This document shows positions 28,480 to 38,001 of a stretch of DNA of 64,000 nucleotides, one piece after another. Each line of letters begins with the position of its first letter. The stretch's first letter is position 1. The position numbers and the translations under genes were made by a program. Location of the stretch: the NCBI RefSeq assembly GCF_965261555.1, contig NZ_OZ253465.1, positions 686,667-750,666 on the forward strand, given 5' to 3'. The DNA comes from Candidatus Palauibacter sp. (GTDB lineage Bacteria > Gemmatimonadota > Gemmatimonadetes > Palauibacterales > Palauibacteraceae). Below the pieces are notes generated by a model that did no database searches, had not been told where the DNA came from, and was given only the letters and a program-made list of their open reading frames with translations.

Positions 28480-29691
28480 TCATCGGTCCTCCGAGCTCGT
28501 GGCGACCTCCGGTGGGAGAGGGTAGAGCGACACGTACTCGATGTCGAGTTCGTCCTGCTCGATGACGATCAAGTGTCGCTCACCGACGCGGGTCAGCCTG
28601 GCGCTCGCGGGGAGGGCGCCGCGCCCGCGGAGACGCCCGTCGGCGTCGAATGCGAGCCAGCGCTGTCCCTCCGGGTCCCCGGGGCGGCGCCACTCCTCCA
28701 CCCAGAAGCCGCCGTCCGGGGCCGCGCGAAGCCCGGAGACCGTACCGAACTGTTCGGCGACCGGCGCCGCGTCGAAGAACCTGAGCGCCTGCCGCCGCTG
28801 CTCCTCGTTGGTCGCGCTCCGGACCGCCTCCTCGCGTGCCGCCGCCACGTGCGCCTCGGTGACGGTGCGGTCGCGCCCCGCCCAGCGGACCAGCCGGGCC
28901 AGTCGGCCGTCGGGATCGAGGATGCGGACCTCGTACGCGTCGCCCATCGCCAGCGCGATGGCGTCGTCGAGGGCGGTCGCGCCGGCGAGCCCTTCGAAAT
29001 GCCGCGCGAGAAGGACCGTCTCTCCCCCGATGTCCACCGGGCCGAGACGCCAGCCCGGGACGTTGAACACCGTGTCCCGGAGCACTCCGGAGCCGGCGAA
29101 GCGAAGCCCGATGAGCGGCGACCAGGTGAAGTCTTCCGAGCGGGTCATCAGGAGGCTCGTGACGAGCACGCTCCCGTCGCCGAAGCGCCCTCCGGGCAGC
29201 GGGGCGGCCGGGAGCGGGCGCATCGGGCTGACCGAGAGGAAACCGCCACCGGCGGTCCAGTAGGCGAGCCTTCGATTCCTCCAGTCATGGATCACGAGGG
29301 AATCCGCCCCCGCGCTCCAGACGCGCTGCGGCAGGCCGATTTCCCGCGGTCCCTGCCCCAGGGATCCGAAGGAGCGGAGAATGCCGCCGTCCGGGGCGAA
29401 CACACGGATGAGCGGCTCGACCTGGCTCACGACCACGACGGAGCCGTCATCCAGTTCGAGGGCGTCGACAATTCGGAACATCTGGTATTCGGGCGGACCG
29501 TCTTGCATGCCCAGGCGCAAGTTGGGCCGAGGCGGCAGGTCGAACTCCGGGATGTCTCCGCGGTTCTCGACGATCTCGACGCCCGCGCTGTCGCGCACCA
29601 CGAAGTCCTGGGCGCGAGCACCGGTCGATGCGTCGCAGGCGAGGCACAGGACGGCGACAGCCAGGATCGTGATCCTCCGGAAGTTGTCCAT
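28480..29691 (-). CDS. NHL-type beta-propeller lipoprotein, array paralog 1
   Basis: Lipoprotein signal MDNFRRITILAVAVLCLAC; blades carrying GQGPREIG-like motifs; C-terminal DELDIEYVSLYPL. Confidence 0.7.
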   Translation of the reverse strand: MDNFRRITILAVAVLCLACDASTGARAQDFVVRDSAGVEIVENRGDIPEFDLPPRPNLRLGMQDGPPEYQMFRIVDALELDDGSVVVVSQVEPLIRVFAPDGGILRSFGSLGQGPREIGLPQRVWSAGADSLVIHDWRNRRLAYWTAGGGFLSVSPMRPLPAAPLPGGRFGDGSVLVTSLLMTRSEDFTWSPLIGLRFAGSGVLRDTVFNVPGWRLGPVDIGGETVLLARHFEGLAGATALDDAIALAMGDAYEVRILDPDGRLARLVRWAGRDRTVTEAHVAAAREEAVRSATNEEQRRQALRFFDAAPVAEQFGTVSGLRAAPDGGFWVEEWRRPGDPEGQRWLAFDADGRLRGRGALPASARLTRVGERHLIVIEQDELDIEYVSLYPLPPEVATSSEDR

Positions 29692-29709
29692 TGGTCTCTC
29701 CCCCTCCCG

Positions 29710-30837
29710 CTATGGGACCCGGGTGAAGCGGACGCGTGCGGCGCGCCAGACATCGAGAGAGTCGCGCGTCGTGCCGTAGAGGGTCGACTCGGTGACCCAG
29801 GGGGAGCCGAGGTGGCTGACGCGGCGCGGCCAGCGGTATCGCGCCACCAGCGTGCGCGCGCGGTAGACGTCGGCCTCGCGCATCTCCTGCCCATCGACCC
29901 CCGTCTTCTCCACCCACAGCCGGCCGCCGCGATCGAAGAAGAGTTCGGCGAGTACCGGCTTGCGGTCCGGGATCCCGTGCGGGTGGTCCCGCAGGTCGAA
30001 TCTCTCCTTCTCCTGGTCGATCCGGGCCTGCGCGCCCTGGCGTTCGTCCGGGCTCAACTCTGGTCCCTGCAGCGGCGCCTGGATCAGCGACGCGCTCCCA
30101 TCGGGATGGTGCAGCGTGACCGCATACGCGGAACTGACCGCCGTGGCCCACCAGCCGCCCGTCCCGTGCCCGTGGATCCACAGCGGGCCGAAGGGCTGGT
30201 AGAGGAAGAATGTGGCGGCCTGGTCCCCCACTCTGATGTCGACCGGGCTGAAGCCGGTGGCCTGCTCCTCTTCCGTCGCCATCGGGACCGTATCCACCGC
30301 CAGGCCCGGCCCCAAGTGGAAACGCGTGAACCGGGTGTCGCCGGCCGCCATCCCGAGATCGACGAGCCGGCCCTCCGCGTCGAAGGTGACCGGAGCGATC
30401 AGGTTGAAGGAGGCGTTCATGCTCCTGAGCCCGCGCGCGTACTCCGCGCCGTCGTCGTCGAGTCTGAACGCGCTGTAGCGGACGCTCTCCCGTACCCACA
30501 GGAGGCCTTCGGGCCCGAAGGTCATGCAGCAGGGATTCGTCAGTTCGCCGGGCCCCTCCCCCTGGCCGCCGAAGCGGAAGGCGAAGCGGCCGTCCGGGTC
30601 GAACACCCGCACCTCGTGCGTCTGATAGTCCGCCACGATCACCCGTCCGCGGTCGTCCTCCACGACGGAGCCGATGGTCGTGAACAGGTAGGGATCCTCC
30701 CCCTCGATCTCGCCGATCTCAAGGTCGATCATGCCCTCGAAGACCGGAATTTCGGGAGGCGGAGCCGGGGCACCGCTATCGACACACGCGGCGACTCCCC
30801 CCAACAGCGCGACCGCGACCGGGATTCGGGGCTTCAC
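29710..30837 (-). CDS. NHL-type beta-propeller lipoprotein, array paralog 2
   Basis: GTG start at 30837 overlaps the upstream stop (GTGA); signal VKPRIPVAVALLGGVAAC; GQGEGPGELTNP blade motif. Confidence 0.7.
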   Translation of the reverse strand: MKPRIPVAVALLGGVAACVDSGAPAPPPEIPVFEGMIDLEIGEIEGEDPYLFTTIGSVVEDDRGRVIVADYQTHEVRVFDPDGRFAFRFGGQGEGPGELTNPCCMTFGPEGLLWVRESVRYSAFRLDDDGAEYARGLRSMNASFNLIAPVTFDAEGRLVDLGMAAGDTRFTRFHLGPGLAVDTVPMATEEEQATGFSPVDIRVGDQAATFFLYQPFGPLWIHGHGTGGWWATAVSSAYAVTLHHPDGSASLIQAPLQGPELSPDERQGAQARIDQEKERFDLRDHPHGIPDRKPVLAELFFDRGGRLWVEKTGVDGQEMREADVYRARTLVARYRWPRRVSHLGSPWVTESTLYGTTRDSLDVWRAARVRFTRVP

Positions 30838-32045
30838 GAACCGGATCGGTCGAGGGTCCAGGACTCCACGTACTCGATGTCGAGTTCGTCGTCCCGCGTG
30901 CCGAGGATGTAGTCCTCGCCAATCTCCGTGACGTCGAAGCTCCCGGGCATCTCGACCAGGCCGAGGACGCGTCCCTCCGGGTCGAACACGGTCCACAGCC
31001 GGTGCTCTTCCCCGGGAAGCCGGTATTCCTCGACCCAAAGGTGCCCGAGACGGTCGACGAACACCCCGTTGAAGGCGGGGAACGCCTCGACGAGCGGCAT
31101 GCCCGCAACCGCGTCGAGCGCCTCGGGCCGGTCGGGGTTCTGGCGGACGACGTAGTCACGCAGGTCGGCCCGGGTTGGAGCGCGGGCCTCGTGGTCGCGA
31201 CGGACGATCCTCGCCAGCGACCCGTCCGCGCGATATCCGCGGATCTCATAGCGGTCGTTCGTGGTGATGACGATCAGGTCACCCCATGCGAACGCGAACG
31301 CGCGGCGAGCGAACGGGTAGGCCCGGGGAAACGTCCTCTCGGCGGTAGTGGCGACGTACAGTTCCGATCCGGGGTACGCGCCCAGGTCCCGGTGTACGCT
31401 CCCGTCCGCCTCCAGAATCCCGTATTCGAGGTCCGGGCGCGTGAGTTCCGACGTGCCCGGCGTGCCGCCCGAGTACGACGTGAGGGTCTGGGCCAGGATC
31501 CTCCCGTCCGGAAGCTGGCCGACCGCGCTCTCGTAGCGGCCCTGCAGCCTGAAGGCGCGACCGAACGTTCCGCGCGCGGAGAAGACGGACAGCCGGCGCT
31601 GGAACGGCTCCCTGGCCATCAGCGAATCGCCCGCCCACCGCTCCAGACTCGCCGGAGCCATGGCGCCGAATTCGCCCGGACCGTCGCCCTGGCCTCCCCA
31701 CGACTCGAGGTGGACGCCGTCGGAGTCGAAGACGCGGAGTTCGCCGGAACCCGCGTTGGCGACCACGATCCGCCCGTCGGAAAGCCGCATCGCGTCGTAG
31801 GCGCGGAAGAGTTCGTACGCCGGATCTCCCGCCGGGGACCCGATCGTCACGGCCGGTGCCTCCCCTACCCGCCATCCCAGTCGCGAATCGAGCGGAGGCC
31901 GCTCGTTCTCGACGATCGTGACCCCGGCGCTGTCCCTGACGACGCTTCTCGGGCTTCCGCGGCCATCCCCACCGCCGTCACCACCACCCGCACACGCCAA
32001 CCCCACCATACCCGCGAGGAGGGCCGTCAGAGTTCTCCCGTCCAT
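30834..32045 (-). CDS. NHL-type beta-propeller lipoprotein, array paralog 3
   Basis: Signal LLAGMVGLACAGG; GQGDGPGEFG motif; C-terminal DELDIEYVESWTL. Confidence 0.7.
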   Translation of the reverse strand: MDGRTLTALLAGMVGLACAGGGDGGGDGRGSPRSVVRDSAGVTIVENERPPLDSRLGWRVGEAPAVTIGSPAGDPAYELFRAYDAMRLSDGRIVVANAGSGELRVFDSDGVHLESWGGQGDGPGEFGAMAPASLERWAGDSLMAREPFQRRLSVFSARGTFGRAFRLQGRYESAVGQLPDGRILAQTLTSYSGGTPGTSELTRPDLEYGILEADGSVHRDLGAYPGSELYVATTAERTFPRAYPFARRAFAFAWGDLIVITTNDRYEIRGYRADGSLARIVRRDHEARAPTRADLRDYVVRQNPDRPEALDAVAGMPLVEAFPAFNGVFVDRLGHLWVEEYRLPGEEHRLWTVFDPEGRVLGLVEMPGSFDVTEIGEDYILGTRDDELDIEYVESWTLDRSGS

Positions 32046-32319
32046 GACTCTCCCCTATTGGCTCGGTTCCATCGTACCGAACCGGGGACACGATCAGCGG
32101 CGGGTTGGTTGTGCGGAGGTCGAGCTACCCCGCCAGGTGGACGCCCGGGACAGCGCCCCCCTTTGCCGGAACGCAAGAGCCCCGAGGACGAGAAGCGCCC
32201 TCGGGGCCCTTACCCCAGCGTCTTGCTGCACCCGAAGGCCTTTTGCAGTAGAGGACGACCTGAGGCATACACTTGTAGGATCGTCAACTCTCAGCCAAAC
32301 CGCAACCTGCGGAGTTGCT

Positions 32320-33033
32320 ATGCTACCCATCGAAGGCCTTCGAAGTGCGCTTTCAGCGGAGCGGCTGAGTGCCTACGCTCTCCCTGAGGACACCGACGAG
32401 ATCGACTGCGTGGCCAGGTATCTGTGGAATCTGGCGCGGTGCAGCGCCCTCCAACCGGCGCTTCATACCCTTGAAATTACCGTCCGGAACCGCCTTTTCG
32501 ACATCTCCAGAAAGATCATCGATGAGACCAAGCTCAGTCATGACAAGGTTCCGTGTTGGCTCGATGCTCGACCTTCGCTGCTTGCCGAACCCGAGCGTGA
32601 CGCCGTCGAGAAGGCGAAAGCAACGATCTTGGGACGGAGGAGTCCGCTGACCGAGGGCCGGCTTGTCTCGGTCCTGGGGTTTGGTTTCTGGGTGAGCCTG
32701 TGCAAACGGTCATATGAACAGGGGCGCACGGGTGGGCCGCGCCTCTGGCCCGAGTTGGCGACGAGGGGATTCCCGCATCCGCCCAACGCCAGGCGCACAC
32801 GAAGCCAGATCTTCCACGCCCTGAATCCACTCCGCGAACTACGCAACCGCGTTTCTCACCACGAAGCCGTTTGGGACCGGAAGCTCGACCGAAGCCATCG
32901 AGAGATCCTCGAGACCATAGCCTGGATCAACCCCGAATTGGCGGCGACCCTGGAGAAACACTCGCCGCTGCCGGCAGTACTCGACCGGGGCGTCGCCGGT
33001 TTCCGCGCTCAGGCCGAGGCGATCGTCAAGTGA
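32320..33033 (+). CDS. Abi-like protein (Abi_2 / AbiD-AbiF family, abortive-infection-type)
   Basis: In-frame ATG at 32320; LSAERLSAYA..YLWNLARCSAL..LEITVRNRL..LRELRNRVSHHEAVW matches the Abi_2 hallmark pattern; local GC is clearly lower than the flanks. Confidence 0.7.
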   Translation: MLPIEGLRSALSAERLSAYALPEDTDEIDCVARYLWNLARCSALQPALHTLEITVRNRLFDISRKIIDETKLSHDKVPCWLDARPSLLAEPERDAVEKAKATILGRRSPLTEGRLVSVLGFGFWVSLCKRSYEQGRTGGPRLWPELATRGFPHPPNARRTRSQIFHALNPLRELRNRVSHHEAVWDRKLDRSHREILETIAWINPELAATLEKHSPLPAVLDRGVAGFRAQAEAIVK

Positions 33034-33049
33034 CGCCGGCCGGCTTTGC

Positions 33050-34261
33050 CTACTGTCGAGGTCGCTCTGCCAGTTCGTACACGACGACGTTTTGTATGTC
33101 GAGGTCGTCCCTCAGCACGCCGAGGACGAGGGCTCCGGTCACGTCGAGGATCTGGAACCTCGGCGGCGTCTCGACCTGTCCCAGCCACTCTCCGTCCGGG
33201 GAAATGACGGTGTACGGGGACCCCTCTTCCGGGTAGGCGGGCCGGTAGGAGGGCAGCCATATGTTGCCGTCCGCGTCGGCGAAGGGGGTACTGAAGAACG
33301 GAATCGGCTGGCCGATCATGGCGCGATACCGGTCCATGTCTTCCTGAATGATCTCCTCGAGCCGGGCATCGGACACTCCGTAGTGCCTCCGGCCCAACGC
33401 TCGATTATAGGCCTCGCCGTGCTCCAGGAGTTCCTCGGCCAGCAGGTTGGGCTCGGGACGCCAGCGCACGATCTGGGTTACCCTGCCGTCCGGCAGGCGC
33501 CAGGCGATCTCGGGCCTGTCGGACCTCGTATGGACGAACCGCCCCGCCGCGACCGCGACCTCGCCGATGGGCCGGATGATCAGACGCGGCTGCTCCGACC
33601 GCTGTCGCGGGTAGTGGTCGTACGACGCCACCGTGTCGAGGGCGCCGGTTTCGATATCGAACAGGGTCATGTGCCCGGCGAGCCACTCCTCCTCTATGTC
33701 GATCCAGAGACGGTGGGGGTATCGGTCCATCATCATCAGCTCGCCGGATGAACCGATCCCCGCCACACCGAAGTGCGCTGCCCGCGGGAGGTTCACGATG
33801 CGCGCGACCGAATCGCCGACGAAGAGCGTGAGGCGGGACTGACGATCATCAGGCACAAGGACGCTGTCCTGGCCCAGGACGAACACCGCGTAGGGGGAGA
33901 TGACTTCGCCCGGTCCCTCTCCTGCCCTGGCGAGCACCTCGTGCGTCGCGCCGTCCGGACTCAGGACGATCACTTCGCTGTACCAGGCAACGACCGCGCT
34001 TCCATCCGGCAAGAGCCGGCCGGCGTCGACGAACTGAAACTCGTAGTCGCCGGGGTTGGCTCCGTGCCGGTACAGCGGCTCGGCCGCGAGGGTGAAGGGA
34101 GCCTCGACCTCCGGCACACCTGCGTACTCGACGATCCGCACGCCCGTGCTGTCCCGGATCTGGACCTGGATCTCGCCGGCGGGCCCGGCGTCGCCCCCGC
34201 AGGCAGCGAGGGCCGCCGCCAGAATCAGTACGCGGCTCGGCGTGAGTACGCGGCGCGTCAC
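33050..34261 (-). CDS. NHL-type beta-propeller lipoprotein, array paralog 4
   Basis: GTG at 34261 overlaps the upstream stop (GTGA); signal VLILAAALAACGG; GEGPGEV motif; C-terminal DLDIQNVVVYEL. Confidence 0.7.
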   Translation of the reverse strand: MTRRVLTPSRVLILAAALAACGGDAGPAGEIQVQIRDSTGVRIVEYAGVPEVEAPFTLAAEPLYRHGANPGDYEFQFVDAGRLLPDGSAVVAWYSEVIVLSPDGATHEVLARAGEGPGEVISPYAVFVLGQDSVLVPDDRQSRLTLFVGDSVARIVNLPRAAHFGVAGIGSSGELMMMDRYPHRLWIDIEEEWLAGHMTLFDIETGALDTVASYDHYPRQRSEQPRLIIRPIGEVAVAAGRFVHTRSDRPEIAWRLPDGRVTQIVRWRPEPNLLAEELLEHGEAYNRALGRRHYGVSDARLEEIIQEDMDRYRAMIGQPIPFFSTPFADADGNIWLPSYRPAYPEEGSPYTVISPDGEWLGQVETPPRFQILDVTGALVLGVLRDDLDIQNVVVYELAERPRQ

Positions 34262-35367
34262 CGGGCGAAGGGCAGGTTCGCGATGTCGTACCAGTCGAGG
34301 GCTCGGTCCGGAATCCCGTCGCCATCGTCCGGCCCCACCTGCCGATCGACGAGCACGACCAGAGTCGACCCCAGGAGGTCGAAGGCCCTGAGCCGGTCCC
34401 GGACCCGCACCGACCCGACGTATTCGGCGTCGTCGTACACGTCCAGCCAAGACCATTCGTGCTGGTCGCGGCCCGTGGCGACCCAGTAGCGGTTGGCGGC
34501 GTCGAAGAGATGCTCGCCCGCGGACAGATAGTAGTGCTTCGGAGTGGCGCTATACCTCTCCAACCCCTCGTCGATGGCGGGCGTGCGCGGGAGACCCTGC
34601 GATCTGTTGAGGGCCAGGAGTTCCTCTTCCCGCCGGGCCAGGTCCCGCTCGTTCGGGAGTTCCGGGACGTAAGTCGGTGCGCGGAGCACCGTGGCGTCGC
34701 CGGCGTCGCCGACGAAGACCAGATGCCCTTCGCAGGCCACGAACGCCCAGCCCCCGGCCGGGTCCGGGATACCATGGATGATCTGCCCGCACTCGATGCC
34801 CCACGGACCGGGCGGCGACTCTTCCTGCCCCACCGTCTCCCCGGAGGCGAGGTCCACCTCGTACCGGGTCATCAGCGATCCGGACATCCGGCCGAGCATC
34901 ACCATGTAGTCCAGCGACACGCCTGAAATCGCGGTGCCGAACGATGGGAAGGGCTGGAATACATCCGGGAGCAGCACATCCGACACGTAGACGCCCGATG
35001 GCTCGAAGACCGTGAAGCGGCCCAGGTCGGAATCCACCACGCCGACCGTTCCCGCCTCTCCGCGAGCGAGAGACGTGGGATCGCCGAACTCCCCGGGACC
35101 TTCGCCCTCGCGCCCGAAGACTCCCACGACGCCGCCTTCACCCGCCACGCAGCGGACCTGCCCTTCGTAGGAGTCGATGACGCAGGCGGTTCGCTCGTCT
35201 GCGAGCAGCGCGACTTCCTCGCTCTCGCTCAGGGGCACGGCGGCCGTGCCGATCAACTCGGGCGTGAAGACGGCCTCGTCTGTGGCTTCACCCGAACCGC
35301 ACGCCACGGCGATGACCAGGAGTGGAAGGCACGCGCCCGCGCGGCCGCGCGGAACGCGGATGGTCAT
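34258..35367 (-). CDS. NHL-type beta-propeller lipoprotein, array paralog 5 (more divergent)
   Basis: ATG (Met75 of the track ORF) overlaps the upstream stop (ATGA); signal LPLLVIAVACGSG; REGEGPGEFG motif. Confidence 0.65.
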   Translation of the reverse strand: MTIRVPRGRAGACLPLLVIAVACGSGEATDEAVFTPELIGTAAVPLSESEEVALLADERTACVIDSYEGQVRCVAGEGGVVGVFGREGEGPGEFGDPTSLARGEAGTVGVVDSDLGRFTVFEPSGVYVSDVLLPDVFQPFPSFGTAISGVSLDYMVMLGRMSGSLMTRYEVDLASGETVGQEESPPGPWGIECGQIIHGIPDPAGGWAFVACEGHLVFVGDAGDATVLRAPTYVPELPNERDLARREEELLALNRSQGLPRTPAIDEGLERYSATPKHYYLSAGEHLFDAANRYWVATGRDQHEWSWLDVYDDAEYVGSVRVRDRLRAFDLLGSTLVVLVDRQVGPDDGDGIPDRALDWYDIANLPFAR

Positions 35368-36812
35368 GACTTCTCCAGGGAATAGAGGCGGACGTATTCG
35401 ACGCCCCGGCTGTCGCTCCATACGCCGAGCAGGTAGTCGTCGCCGATCTCGAGGCCGGGGGCCATGCTCGCGATGAACCCCCGGTTCAACCCTGCCGGGA
35501 CGGAGACGCTGCCCAGCCAGGTGCCGTCCGCGGCGAAGACCTCGAACGGCGCCACTTCGATCCCCGCGCCGAAGAACGGCTCCACCCACAGACTCCCCGT
35601 CTCATCCAGGCGGATGGACCGCAGCACGGGGAGCGTCGGAGCCCTCGGATCGTCGCGGCGACGACGCCCCATTCCCTCCGCCTGCTCGCGCGAGACGCCG
35701 CCGTACATGACGTTCGTCTCAATGTACTCCTCGATCTCCGCGTCCACGTGGGCGTCCGTGACGGGGACCGGGGCGATGTCGCGACTGAGGATCCGCCTCG
35801 TCCCGCCGTCCTCGAGGGAGATCGACCGTATGTGGAACGCCTCCGTATCGACTGCCGCGAGCGTCCCGGGAGTGACAGCGAACCGCGGCCCTTTCCCGAA
35901 GTCGTAGCCGATGTAGGCGACGTTCTCGCCGTACCGCGCGATCACCTGCTCCGCGCCGGGGAAGTCCGAGACCGCCCGGATCGCGCCGTCGGCCAGGTCG
36001 AAGGTCGCGACTCTGACGGCGGGCCATCGCACGACCCCTCCCTCCGGCATCTCGGTATTGTCCGTGAAGGCCATGACGAGATCGCGACCCGAGACGCCGA
36101 GCGCGCGCTGCGGCATGGATCCGCTCCAAGGCGATTCGACGGGGAGCGTGCGGACGAGTTCGCCCGCCGCGTCGAAGATCTGCACGCGCCCGAGCGCGAG
36201 GTCGTACGTGACGAGCGAGTCGCCGGCGAGCACGCCGAGGAAGGAGAGGAACCGGTGTTCGCCGGGCCCTTCGCCTTCTCCGGCCGCGCGCCACACGAAG
36301 GTTCCCGCGGCATCGTAGCGGCGGAGTTCGCCGGAGCCCCCGTCCCCGAGAACGATGTCGCCGGAGCCGAGGCGGACCGCGCCGACCACGCCGTCGAGTT
36401 CGTAGTCGGGATCTCCGGTCGCGGTCCCGATCTCGAGCAGCGGCGGCTCGCCCACGGTCCAGCCCTCGCCCGGGCCCCACGCCGGCTCGACGGCCGTGGC
36501 GATGGCCACGCCGGCCGAGTCCGAGTGCAGCGTGCCCGCCGGCGCCCCCGCCGAATCGCAGGCTTGCACGGCGAGCACGACCGAGAGTGGAACGAAAGCG
36601 CCCGCGCGCCATGGGGTCGGCCGGCCCGCGCTCCACCGACGGCGAGTCAGGAGGCGGGCTCCCGCGACAACGACCAGAGCTGGACGTATTCGACACCCAA
36701 CTCGTCGGATACCCATCCCAGCAGGTAGTCCTCGCCGATCTCGAAGATGCGGAGGCCGGCCGGGGTCTCGACCAGGCCCTGGACCCGTCCCTCCGCGTCG
36801 AAGACGGTCCAC
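35364..36812 (-). CDS. NHL-type beta-propeller lipoprotein, array paralog 6 (start uncertain)
   Basis: GEGEGPGEH motif and C-terminal RGVEYVRLYSLEKS; lipobox ..LSVVLAVQAC near residue 85 of the track ORF, so the true start probably lies within about 36650-36720; the track start overlaps paralog 7 by 166 nt. Confidence 0.6.
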   Translation of the reverse strand: MDRLRRGGTGPGPGRDPGRPPHLRDRRGLPAGMGIRRVGCRIRPALVVVAGARLLTRRRWSAGRPTPWRAGAFVPLSVVLAVQACDSAGAPAGTLHSDSAGVAIATAVEPAWGPGEGWTVGEPPLLEIGTATGDPDYELDGVVGAVRLGSGDIVLGDGGSGELRRYDAAGTFVWRAAGEGEGPGEHRFLSFLGVLAGDSLVTYDLALGRVQIFDAAGELVRTLPVESPWSGSMPQRALGVSGRDLVMAFTDNTEMPEGGVVRWPAVRVATFDLADGAIRAVSDFPGAEQVIARYGENVAYIGYDFGKGPRFAVTPGTLAAVDTEAFHIRSISLEDGGTRRILSRDIAPVPVTDAHVDAEIEEYIETNVMYGGVSREQAEGMGRRRRDDPRAPTLPVLRSIRLDETGSLWVEPFFGAGIEVAPFEVFAADGTWLGSVSVPAGLNRGFIASMAPGLEIGDDYLLGVWSDSRGVEYVRLYSLEKS

Positions 36813-37984
36813 ACGGCGGCTTCGTACGCCCGCACCCAGAGATAGCCGGCACGGTCCGACAGAACCTCCTCGAAGGCGGGATACGACTCCACCAGCGGCA
36901 TGTCCCGCACGGCATCGAGGCTGCTGCGTCGGTCCTCGTCGGGGAGATCCGCGTAGCGCTGGGCGTAGTACTCGTCCAGATCGGCCTGCGTGGGGCGCTC
37001 CAGGTCACCGTCGCAGCGTACCACCCTGACCAGCGACCCATCGGAGGCGAAGGCCTTGATCTCGTAGCTGTCCTGCACGCCGATCGCGGCGAGTTCTTCC
37101 CACACGGCCCCCGTGGTGCCGCGACCGAAGGGGTGAGGCATGCCGCCCTGGAGGCTGCCGTCCGCCTCGAAGATGGCGTAGAACTCGCTTCCCGGAAATT
37201 CGCCGAGCGAAGCGAACCGCGCGCCGTGTTCGTCCAGGATTCCCCATTCCGCGCTGGAGCGGACGAGGCCCGAGGACCCTGTCATGTCCATGTTGAGGCC
37301 ACCTCCGCTACCGCGGGTGAAGATCTTCCCGTCCGGGAGCAGGTCCACGACGTTGAGCATGGTGGGGTCGAGGGATACGTCACGACCGTGGTTCCCCTCC
37401 GCATCGAACAACGACAGGCGGGTGCCCCAGGGATTCACGGCGGCGATCGAGTCGCCGGGCCACGAGGCCACGGCGCTCGGGCTGTAGCTGACGAACTCCC
37501 CCGGGCCCTCGCCCCGGCCTCCCGCCGTCGCGGAGTGGGAGCCGTCCGCGTTGAAGATTCTGAGTTCGTTGCTGCCCGAGTTGGCGATGACGATCCGGCC
37601 CTCCGCGAGCCGGGTGGCGTCGGTGACGCGGAACAACTGGTCGGCTCCGCCGCCGTCAACGGCGCCGATCGAAAGGGACGGCTCCGCGCCGAACGTCCAC
37701 GGCAGCCGCGTGTCCAGCGCGGGCGCCGGGTTCTCCACGATGCTGACGCCGGCGCTGTCACGGATCGCCGCCACGAGCCCCCGGTCGCCGTTCTCGACGG
37801 TGCCCTCGCACCCCACGGCGGGAAGGGCCAGCGCGAGGATGCCGGTTGCGAGGCACCCCGTGGTGGCCGGCCGGGGCGGTGAGATCGGACCCGGCGCGCT
37901 CGCAGGCCGAGAGAGGAGTGGCCAGGGCCCCGGGACCCGGGAGCCGCGGATTCTCGGATGGCGGCGACGCCTATGGTCTCGCAT
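36647..37984 (-). CDS. NHL-type beta-propeller lipoprotein, array paralog 7 (start uncertain)
   Basis: Lipobox GILALALPAVGC; GRGEGPGEF motif; C-terminal DELGVEYVQLWSLSREPAS; about 40 aa of N-terminal extension in the track ORF is probably not translated. Confidence 0.6.
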   Translation of the reverse strand: MRDHRRRRHPRIRGSRVPGPWPLLSRPASAPGPISPPRPATTGCLATGILALALPAVGCEGTVENGDRGLVAAIRDSAGVSIVENPAPALDTRLPWTFGAEPSLSIGAVDGGGADQLFRVTDATRLAEGRIVIANSGSNELRIFNADGSHSATAGGRGEGPGEFVSYSPSAVASWPGDSIAAVNPWGTRLSLFDAEGNHGRDVSLDPTMLNVVDLLPDGKIFTRGSGGGLNMDMTGSSGLVRSSAEWGILDEHGARFASLGEFPGSEFYAIFEADGSLQGGMPHPFGRGTTGAVWEELAAIGVQDSYEIKAFASDGSLVRVVRCDGDLERPTQADLDEYYAQRYADLPDEDRRSSLDAVRDMPLVESYPAFEEVLSDRAGYLWVRAYEAAVWTVFDAEGRVQGLVETPAGLRIFEIGEDYLLGWVSDELGVEYVQLWSLSREPAS

Positions 37985-38001
37985 GACGCGTGGAGTTCCC
38001 C

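Noticed and set aside
28330-30912. 860-aa plus-strand ORF
   Set aside because: Antisense to propeller paralogs 1-2 and the remnant. Each minus-strand paralog has a lipobox, NHL motifs and a conserved C-terminus, whereas the plus-strand translation is low complexity.
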